A stretch of 39,469 nucleotides of DNA from Candidatus Zixiibacteriota bacterium (lineage in GTDB: Bacteria; UBP14; UBA6098): contig DSAF01000089.1 of assembly GCA_011388305.1 (NCBI GenBank), positions 1 through 39,469 on the forward strand, read 5' to 3'. The notes beneath the pieces are model-generated. The model ran no database searches. It was not told the DNA's origin and saw only the letters and a program-made list of their open reading frames with translations. How positions within the stretch are numbered: position 1 is the stretch's first letter; each line of letters opens with the position of its first letter. A program made the translations under genes and the position numbers. Of this stretch, positions 28,685 through 35,529 are shown in pieces.

Positions 28685-29215
28685 CTAATCTTCCGTGAAC
28701 TCCACATAGCCCACGAACGGAAGTCCCCGATGGCGCTCGTTGTAGTCCAGTCCCCATCCTACAACGAATTCGTCGGGAATCTCGAAGCCGAAGTAATCTA
28801 CGTCGAGCGGGAACGGGCGGTCGATTTTTTTGATTAGTAGCGTCGCGATTTTCACCGAGAGCGCGCCGCGTTTGCGAAGAACTTCGCCCAGATTGTAGAG
28901 CGTTAGGCCGGAATCGACTATGTCCTCGACGAGAATGATATGCCTGCCGGTAATTGGATTGTCGAGGTCTTTGGTGATTTTGATGTCGCCGGTGGATTGC
29001 GTGCCTTCATAGCTTGATGCGCCTATAAAATCCACGGTGAACGGAGTGTCTATCGAGCGCAGGAGGTCTGCGGCGAAGACGAATCCGCCCTTGAGAACGA
29101 CTGCCATAATCGGGTTTTTGCCCGCATAGTCGCGCTCGATTTCCTTGGCGACCTCGGCGATTCTGCGCTCTATGGTCTCGCGGTCGATTAGCTCTTTGAC
29201 TTGGTATTCGCGCAT
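28685..29215 (-). CDS. hpt: Hypoxanthine(-guanine) phosphoribosyltransferase
   Basis: I take the start at MREYQVKELI (176 aa). PRPP-binding motif ILVEDIVDSGLTL. It lies downstream of tilS, a common arrangement. Confidence 0.9.
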   Translation of the reverse strand: MREYQVKELIDRETIERRIAEVAKEIERDYAGKNPIMAVVLKGGFVFAADLLRSIDTPFTVDFIGASSYEGTQSTGDIKITKDLDNPITGRHIILVEDIVDSGLTLYNLGEVLRKRGALSVKIATLLIKKIDRPFPLDVDYFGFEIPDEFVVGWGLDYNERHRGLPFVGYVEFTED

Positions 29216-30549
29216 GGTGTTCCTTTGCGGTTTAGAATATTTTCGAGTGGCCCGTCGTATCGAACGCGAAGCTCGAAGATTGCCGGCTCGGGACAAATCG
29301 CGCCGATGAGCGGCGAGTATATCGGGCGGTCGCCGGAGAACAGCACCGGAACGGCGTCTCGAAGGATTCGCGGGACTTGTTTGCGGGCGAGAAAGCGCCG
29401 GAGCTTGCGCTCAGTGTCGATTCGATCGCCGGCGCAGGCGGGGCGAAGGGATAGCGGTGCGCCATCGAAGGGAATGGCGATGCCGTCGCCGGTTTCGGCT
29501 ATTCCGATGCGCCCCATGCCTTTGGGAAGCTCGCACACGAACGGCAGTTTGACTGGGATTTCGCGGGGGATGTCGATTTCGGTGAAAATTATCACAAGCT
29601 CGCCATCGGCTTCGATGTGAAGCCCGCCGGAAACAGGGAAGCGTCTCCCCCTGCGTGCCGTTCTGCACGACTGATGGAGGCGATTAACGGTCTCGAAATC
29701 GAAGTCCTTAAGCGGCTTTTCGAACTCGATTGCGCACTTGCGAAGAATTTCGCCGAATCCCCACGCCGTCTCGAGCACGGCACTCGATTCGAAGATTGTC
29801 GCGCTATCCAGCTTAGCAAGTATCGCAGTGTCCCAGAGCTTCTCCGCCGATGTTTCGAGGAATTTCGAGCACATCGAGAAGACCTCCGCCTCGCGCCGAA
29901 GTCTGTCTATCACCGAATCGCCGAAAACCCTGCGAAGCTCGGGCAGAAGCATCCAACGGACACGGTTTCGGCTGAAGCGCAGGTCGATGTTGGACTCGTC
30001 CTCGCGCCATTCTCTGCCGATAGAGCGGAGCCACCGCTCGATTTCCCTTCTGTGGAAGTCGAGCAGGGGGCGGATTATACCGTCGCGCTCTTTGGGAATC
30101 CCCGCGAGTCCGCGCGGGCCGGTTCCGCGGGTGAGGTTGAAAAGTAGCGTCTCGACAACATCATCGGCGGTGTGCGCCGTCGCGACCGCCTCCCCGCGTT
30201 CGACGAAATCCGCGAAAATGCGATATCGCAACTTTCTGCCGGCCTCTTCGAGACCGATTCCCACAATCTCCGCGTGGGAGGGGACATCGACGGATACCAC
30301 GTCGAGGGGGACGGCAATTTCATCGCAGAGGCTTCTCACGAACTCGGCCTCCGCTTCGCACTCCGGCCGAATGCCGTGAATTACATGGAGCGCACGCAGG
30401 ACGAAATCGCCCTCCGCGGCACTGCACAGCTCGAGCAGTGCCACCGAGTCCGCGCCGCCGGAAACCGCCACGCGGAGAGTTTTCCCCTCGAGGCCGAACG
30501 CCGCGATGCTCCCCCGAAATCTCTCAACTATGTCGAATTCTTCCGCCAT
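29188..30549 (-). CDS. tilS: tRNA(Ile)-lysidine synthase
   Basis: I take the start at MAEEFDIVERF (453 aa). PP-loop motif VAVSGGADSVALL. The 3' end overlaps the hpt start by 28 nt. Confidence 0.85.
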   Translation of the reverse strand: MAEEFDIVERFRGSIAAFGLEGKTLRVAVSGGADSVALLELCSAAEGDFVLRALHVIHGIRPECEAEAEFVRSLCDEIAVPLDVVSVDVPSHAEIVGIGLEEAGRKLRYRIFADFVERGEAVATAHTADDVVETLLFNLTRGTGPRGLAGIPKERDGIIRPLLDFHRREIERWLRSIGREWREDESNIDLRFSRNRVRWMLLPELRRVFGDSVIDRLRREAEVFSMCSKFLETSAEKLWDTAILAKLDSATIFESSAVLETAWGFGEILRKCAIEFEKPLKDFDFETVNRLHQSCRTARRGRRFPVSGGLHIEADGELVIIFTEIDIPREIPVKLPFVCELPKGMGRIGIAETGDGIAIPFDGAPLSLRPACAGDRIDTERKLRRFLARKQVPRILRDAVPVLFSGDRPIYSPLIGAICPEPAIFELRVRYDGPLENILNRKGTPCANTKSKS

Positions 30550-30618
30550 CGATAACAATATACGCACAAATCCTCGCTGGCAAGGCAATTTTTTCGCGCG
30601 GTCGGGAGGATAAATCAG

Positions 30619-30644
30619 AAGGGCGCACATGACGGTGCGCCCTT
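30619..30644 (-). terminator. Hairpin downstream of dnaK
   Basis: aagggcgcac (30619-28) pairs with gtgcgccctt (30635-44): 10 bp with a 6-nt loop. On the - strand it is followed by cugauuuauc, a weak U-tract. Confidence 0.5.
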
Positions 30645-30667
30645 GAGGGATTGGTTATTAAGCCACG

Positions 30668-32572
30668 CTATTCCACGACCTCGAAATCTGCATCCTGCAC
30701 AGTGTCGTCGCCTGAGGCATCCTCGCCGGAGGGCGGCTCGGGCGCGCCCTGCGGAGGCGGTTCTTCGGTCTTCTGCGCCTGATAGAGTTCCTGCGACGCC
30801 GAATGCCAAGCCGTGTTCAAGGCCTCGGTCTTCGCCTTGATGTCAGCGGTGTCGTCGCCCTTGAGGGCATCCTGAAGGGCTTTGAGCGCTTTGGTCAGAT
30901 TGTCGCGTGTGGCGGGCGAGAGCTTGTCGCCGTAATCTTTCAGCTCCTTCTCTGTTTGATATGCAAGGCTGTCGCCGGCGTTTTTCGCGTCGATTGCCTC
31001 TTTGCGCGCTTTGTCCTCATCGGCGTGCGCCTCGGCATCTTTCACCATTTTTTCAACTTCCGCCTCGGATAGTCCGCTGGATGCCTCGATGCGAATCGAC
31101 TGCTCCTTGTTCGTGGCCTTGTCCTTAGCCTTGACGTTGAGAATGCCGTTCGCGTCGATGTCGAATGTTACCTCGATTTGCGGCATTCCGCGCGGCGCGG
31201 GCGGGATGCCGTCGAGGTAGAATTTCCCCAGCGATTTGTTATCGCGGGCGAGCGGCCTCTCTCCCTGCAGAATATTGATTTCAACTTGCGTTTGGTTGTC
31301 GCCTGCGGTGGTGAAAACCTCCGTCCGCTTGGTGGGGATTGTCGTGTTGCGCTCTATCATCGTGGTGGCCTCGCCGCCGAGGGTCTCGATTTTAAGCGAA
31401 AGTGGCGTGACATCGAGGAGCAATATGTCCTTGACATCGCCGCCAAGAACGCCGCCCTGAATTGCCGCGCCCATAGCGACGACCTCGTCCGGGTTGATGC
31501 CCTTGTGCGGCTCCTTGCCGAACAGCGACTTCACGATTTCCTGCACCTTCGGCATGCGCGTCATTCCGCCGACGAGGATGACCTCATCGATCTCGTCTTT
31601 CGGGATTTTCGCATCGCGGATTGCGTTCTCGACCGGCCCTTTGATGCGCCCGAGGAGGTCTTCGACTATTCGCTCCATTTCTGCGCGGGAGAGGTTGTAT
31701 TCGAGGTGTTTGGCGGTATTGCCTACGGCCGTGATGAACGGCAGGTTGATGCTTGTCGATGTCGTGCTGGAAAGCTCGATTTTGGCTTTCTCTGCGGCGT
31801 CTTTGAGCCGCTGGAGTGCCATCGGGTCCTCCGAGAGGTCTATCCCCTGATCCTGCTTGAACTTATCGACGAGCCAATCGATAATGCGCTGGTCGAAATC
31901 GTCGCCGCCGAGGTGCGTGTCGCCATTGGTGGATTTCACCTCGAACACGCCATCACCGATTTCGAGGATGCTTATATCGAAAGTCCCACCGCCGAGGTCG
32001 AACACGGCAATCTTGAGATTTTTATGCTTCTTGTCGAGGCCATAAGCCAAGCTCGCGGCTGTCGGCTCATTGATTATCCGCTGGACGTTCAGCCCCGCGA
32101 TTTTGCCGGCGTCGGCGGTGGCTTTGCGCTGGTCGTCGTTGAAATATGCCGGCACGGTGATTACCGCGTCGGTGACTTTCTCGCCGAGGAAGTTCTCCGC
32201 ATCGGTTTTGAGTTTTTGCAGAATCAGCGCGGAGATTTCCGGCGGGGAGAATATCTTGTCGTCGATTTTGACGCGGGCGCTGTCGCCGTCGCCGGAGATG
32301 ACCTTGTATGGCACCTCGGAAATCTCCGTCTCGACCTCTTTGAACTTGCGTCCCATGAAACGCTTGATGCTATATACGGTCTTGTCGGGGTTAGTGATTG
32401 CCTGTCTTTTGGCGGGGATTCCGACGAGGCGCTCGCCGCCTTTGCTAAACGCGACGACTGACGGTGTAGTTCTGCCGCCCTCGGAGTTGGGGATGACGAC
32501 TGGTTCGCCGCCCTCGATGACCGCGACACAACTATTGGTCGTCCCGAGGTCAATTCCAATGATTTTTCCCAT
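30668..32572 (-). CDS. dnaK: Molecular chaperone DnaK (Hsp70)
   Basis: I take the start at [18 protein letters not shown], preceded by aaagga. Motifs [10 protein letters not shown] and [11 protein letters not shown] are present. The 20-codon upstream extension in the track ORF is unlikely to be translated. Confidence 0.97.
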   Translation of the reverse strand: MGKIIGIDLGTTNSCVAVIEGGEPVVIPNSEGGRTTPSVVAFSKGGERLVGIPAKRQAITNPDKTVYSIKRFMGRKFKEVETEISEVPYKVISGDGDSARVKIDDKIFSPPEISALILQKLKTDAENFLGEKVTDAVITVPAYFNDDQRKATADAGKIAGLNVQRIINEPTAASLAYGLDKKHKNLKIAVFDLGGGTFDISILEIGDGVFEVKSTNGDTHLGGDDFDQRIIDWLVDKFKQDQGIDLSEDPMALQRLKDAAEKAKIELSSTTSTSINLPFITAVGNTAKHLEYNLSRAEMERIVEDLLGRIKGPVENAIRDAKIPKDEIDEVILVGGMTRMPKVQEIVKSLFGKEPHKGINPDEVVAMGAAIQGGVLGGDVKDILLLDVTPLSLKIETLGGEATTMIERNTTIPTKRTEVFTTAGDNQTQVEINILQGERPLARDNKSLGKFYLDGIPPAPRGMPQIEVTFDIDANGILNVKAKDKATNKEQSIRIEASSGLSEAEVEKMVKDAEAHADEDKARKEAIDAKNAGDSLAYQTEKELKDYGDKLSPATRDNLTKALKALQDALKGDDTADIKAKTEALNTAWHSASQELYQAQKTEEPPPQGAPEPPSGEDASGDDTVQDADFEVVE

Positions 32573-32606
32573 GGTTGTCCTTTCTGGGTGTAATGGAATT
32601 TTATCT

Positions 32607-33134
32607 TTACAATCCAAGATTATACTCGTCATTATCCCATTGTTTAGGATTGTTAGTTATGTATCTTCTTAACTCATCCAAATCCGAGTCGTGCCGAATG
32701 ACATGCTCATAATAATTACGTTGCCAAATTGTTGCCCCAGAAAGCCCTCTAATATCGTTGATGCGTTTAGTTACAGCTGACTTGAACGAGCCGACTATGT
32801 TGCCGACAGTTCCTTTATCTGAAACATTGGATTGCGTAGGGGCGAGGCATGCCTCGCCCTTATCATAATACTCGTTCAAAAACAGAATACCATGTATATG
32901 ATTTGGCATTATTACAAATACATCTAATTCGACATTTGTAAAATGATTAGGTATGTCCAACCAGCATTGTTTCGCAATTTTACCATATTCGCTTAACGTG
33001 ATAATCCCATCGTTGACAACAGCAAAAATATTTGACTGATTTTTCGTATTGATTGTCACAAAGTATGCTCCAGCTGATGAATAGTCAAAGCCCTTGATAC
33101 GAATTGATTTTCTATTGCCGGTTTGTTTTTTCAT
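32607..33134 (-). CDS. IS200-like Y1 (HUH) transposase, REP-associated tyrosine transposase (RAYT)-type
   Basis: 175 aa. It has [18 protein letters not shown], the HUH motif [13 protein letters not shown], and [11 protein letters not shown] carrying the candidate catalytic Tyr. The gene is visibly AT-rich compared with all its neighbours and is flanked by REP-like palindromes. Confidence 0.8.
   Translation of the reverse strand: MKKQTGNRKSIRIKGFDYSSAGAYFVTINTKNQSNIFAVVNDGIITLSEYGKIAKQCWLDIPNHFTNVELDVFVIMPNHIHGILFLNEYYDKGEACLAPTQSNVSDKGTVGNIVGSFKSAVTKRINDIRGLSGATIWQRNYYEHVIRHDSDLDELRRYITNNPKQWDNDEYNLGL
32835..32860 (-). repeat. REP-like element copy A (26 nt, contains a 20-bp perfect palindrome), inside the RAYT CDS
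   Basis: The - strand reads AGGGCGAGGCATGCCTCGCCCCTACG, identical to copy B on the + strand. In the CDS it encodes GEACLAPT. Confidence 0.85.
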
Positions 33135-33157
33135 ATTGAATAACAGCTTTTATACAC

Positions 33158-33183
33158 AGGGCGAGGCATGCCTCGCCCCTACG
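33158..33183 (+). repeat. REP-like element copy B (26 nt), 24 nt upstream of the RAYT start codon
   Basis: AGGGCGAGGCATGCCTCGCCCCTACG. The palindrome core GGGCGAGGCATGCCTCGCCC spans 33159-33178. Confidence 0.85.
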
Positions 33184-33221
33184 ATTGAGGTCTCAATCTA
33201 TTTGTGATTATGCAGTTGATA

Positions 33222-33238
33222 CATGCCTCGCCCTTACG
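33222..33238 (+). repeat. REP-like half copy (right arm only)
   Basis: CATGCCTCGCCCTTACG matches CATGCCTCGCCCCTACG at 16 of 17 positions. No left arm is present. Confidence 0.6.
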
Positions 33239-33258
33239 GTTTATCTTCAAACGATGTC

Positions 33259-33284
33259 AAAATTGGGGGGGGCTTCCGCCCCCC
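33259..33284 (-). terminator. Rho-independent terminator of hsp20
   Basis: The - strand reads ggggggc-ggaa-gcccccc followed by c(c)aauuuu. It starts 6 nt after the hsp20 stop codon. Confidence 0.75.
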
Positions 33285-33289
33285 GTGCG

Positions 33290-33727
33290 TTATTCCACCT
33301 TGATGGGGATTTGCTTGCGCTTCTGCTCTTCCTTCTTCGGGAGGATGACCTTGAGCACCCCGTCTTTGTAGTTCGCCTGAATCTTCTTGTCATCGACCTC
33401 CGAGGGGATGTAGAAGCTCCGCTGGAACGAGCCGAAAATGCGCTCGGTGCGGTGCCAGTTCTCGCCCTCCTTGCGCTCTTCGGTCTTCTTCTCGCCGGAA
33501 ATAGAGAGCACGCCCTCCTGCATGGAGACGGCGATTTCGTCTTTGCGCATTCCGGGGATTTCGGCGATTACCTCGAGGGCGTCGGGCGTTTCTTTAATAT
33601 CGACACTCGGCGCCCACGGCGCGGGAGATGACTCCTGAAGGTCGCCGAACATCCGGCGAACTCTCCTGTCCACCTCATCCGACCAGTCCATTATGTCTCC
33701 GAATGGTTTCCAACGAACGATTGCCAT
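33290..33727 (-). CDS. Small heat-shock protein (Hsp20/alpha-crystallin family)
   Basis: 145 aa. Alpha-crystallin domain VDIKETPDALEVIAEIPGMRKDEIAVSMQEGVLSISGEKK ... ANYKDGVLKVILPK. A strong RBS aaggagg precedes it. Confidence 0.92.
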   Translation of the reverse strand: MAIVRWKPFGDIMDWSDEVDRRVRRMFGDLQESSPAPWAPSVDIKETPDALEVIAEIPGMRKDEIAVSMQEGVLSISGEKKTEERKEGENWHRTERIFGSFQRSFYIPSEVDDKKIQANYKDGVLKVILPKKEEQKRKQIPIKVE

Positions 33728-33768
33728 GATTCACCTCCTTATGGTTTATTTGTTCATGTCACCATAAT

Positions 33769-33788
33769 ATTATACAGAAGGCGTGCCA
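33769..33788 (-). promoter_or_regulatory. Candidate hsp20 promoter (-10 TATAAT; sigma factor uncertain)
   Basis: The - strand reads cttgctatcgaagTGGCACGccttctgTATAAT. The -10 is perfect, at 33769-33774. No good -35 sits at 17 nt. The TGGCACG-N4-cTGt stretch partly resembles a sigma-54 -24/-12 element. Confidence 0.35.
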
Positions 33789-33923
33789 CTTCGATAGCAA
33801 GCGGTGTATCATAATGCAAGACAGTAAGATATGGCTAATTAAGCCCGAAGACAAGCTTTTAAGAGAGTGTCAGATTGTGTCACAAGTTGTCGCAATTTGA
33901 CTTGCCGTGTCAATTCGTGCCAT

Positions 33924-35090
33924 CTATGACAAATCTGCGGCCTCGCAAATCTCGCCGTTCTTCTTGTATAGCCGCTTGACGCGCTCGGAGAGGCCGGTGA
34001 GTATCTCGTAATTTAGCGTCCCCGCCCAGATGGCGTGGTCTTCGGCGGTGATTCTGCCGCCGTTGTCCTCGCCCAAAATCACGACTATGTCATCCAGCTC
34101 GACCTCGCTCCCCGTGACATCCGCCATGGTCATGTCCATGCACACCCGGCCAACTATCGGGAAGCGCTTGCCGCGAATGAGCACGAACCCCCGGTTCGAG
34201 AGAGCGCGCCGGAGGCCGTCGCCGTATCCCGCGCGGAACACCGCGATTCGCTCGCGCCCGCGAGTGGTATATGTCCGGCCATAGCTGATGCTCGTTCCCG
34301 GCGGATAGTCGCGAACTTGAATCACCCTGCTATAAAGCGAGAGCGCGGGCTTGACTTTCACCGTGCTCGCCGTCTCCGCCGAGGGATACAAGCCGTATGC
34401 GAGTATTCCCGGGCGGATGCCGTTGCCATAGACCGGATGCGACAGAATTCCCGCGGAGTTCGACAAGTGAATCAAAGGCGGCGAGATGCCCAACTCTTTG
34501 AGCTTCTCCGCAATGACCGAAAACCGCCTCAGCTGGAGTTTGGTGAAATCAATGTCGGATTTGCGCGTCGAGTCGGCGACAGGGAAGTGCGAGAAAATCC
34601 CCGCAATTTCGACGAACGGAAGTTGCGAAATATGTGCGATTTCGCCGATGGCATCGCTGAACCAGAAGCCCGTGCGCCCCATGCCGGTATCGATTTCGAT
34701 GTGGCAGGCGGCTTTTTTGCCCTGCCGCTCGGCCTCGACGGAAAGGGCGTGGGCAAAAGTCTGGCTCACCACATTCGGGTGGAGGTCGAACTCGACGATG
34801 GTCTCGATTTGTTCGAGCGTCGCGGGCGTGAGGACGATAATCTCGCCTTCGATGCCCGCCTGTCGAATTTGCACGCCCTCATCGACTGTCGCGACGCCGA
34901 AGTGTTCGATGCCCGCAGAGCGAGCCTCCCTGCATATCGGCACCACGCCGTGGCCGTAAGCGTTGGCCTTTACGGCCAAAATTACCGCGCGTTTCTCGAC
35001 CCATCGGAGAATATTTGCAATATTCTCGCGAAATGCATCGAGATCAACGACGCAATAAGTTTCGAGTTCGAATCCGCGACGGTCTTTCAT
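33924..35090 (-). CDS. alr: Alanine racemase
   Basis: 388 aa. PLP-lysine motif AVKANAYGHG and the C-terminal motif GRVCMDMTMADV. Confidence 0.92.
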   Translation of the reverse strand: MKDRRGFELETYCVVDLDAFRENIANILRWVEKRAVILAVKANAYGHGVVPICREARSAGIEHFGVATVDEGVQIRQAGIEGEIIVLTPATLEQIETIVEFDLHPNVVSQTFAHALSVEAERQGKKAACHIEIDTGMGRTGFWFSDAIGEIAHISQLPFVEIAGIFSHFPVADSTRKSDIDFTKLQLRRFSVIAEKLKELGISPPLIHLSNSAGILSHPVYGNGIRPGILAYGLYPSAETASTVKVKPALSLYSRVIQVRDYPPGTSISYGRTYTTRGRERIAVFRAGYGDGLRRALSNRGFVLIRGKRFPIVGRVCMDMTMADVTGSEVELDDIVVILGEDNGGRITAEDHAIWAGTLNYEILTGLSERVKRLYKKNGEICEAADLS

Positions 35091-35104
35091 TTTTTCGGGA
35101 GGAT

Positions 35105-35521
35105 TTATGCGTTTTTCAGTAGCCTAATCCCCGACAGATGCGGGCCGAAGCCTACGGATTTCTTGCGAGTGAAGCCTTTCTCCAAAGCCATTGGAAGCAC
35201 GAAGTCCTCGGACACGCCGGATGTGAACTTCTTCTCGAGGGAGTTCCTCTTAGGGACAACCAGCCATAAATCGCCGCCGGGGGCGACGATGCGCGCCGAC
35301 TCCTCGACAATGACTTTGGCGCGTGATGCGTCCGGCTCGGTGAACCATGCGAACACAGCGTCGAAGGACTCTCCATCAATGCCGGAAAGCTCAGCCCAGC
35401 TTCGGAAATCAGGGCGAAGGTGGCCCTCGAGGGGGTTTGGGCCGTTCACTATGAGAACCTTCTTGTCCTCATCGATGGCGATTCTCGGGGCAAGCTCTTC
35501 CGTGGGTTTCAATTCGATCAT
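35105..35521 (-). CDS. DUF3052-like hypothetical protein
   Basis: 138 aa. The pattern FDAVFAWF...L...ARIVAPGGDLWLVVPKR...F...ALEKGF...K.V.....SGIRL resembles DUF3052 as I recall it. Not verified. Confidence 0.5.
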   Translation of the reverse strand: MIELKPTEELAPRIAIDEDKKVLIVNGPNPLEGHLRPDFRSWAELSGIDGESFDAVFAWFTEPDASRAKVIVEESARIVAPGGDLWLVVPKRNSLEKKFTSGVSEDFVLPMALEKGFTRKKSVGFGPHLSGIRLLKNA

Positions 35522-35529
35522 CTCTCTCC

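Noticed and set aside
31178-32461. 427-aa ORF antisense to dnaK
   Set aside because: Long antisense ORFs opposite hsp70 genes are a known compositional artefact. There is no start context or motif to support expression.
32573-32632. 20-codon upstream extension of dnaK ([11 protein letters not shown]...)
   Set aside because: DnaK proteins start at [14 protein letters not shown]. An aaagga RBS precedes that ATG, and the extension would overlap the RAYT 3' end.
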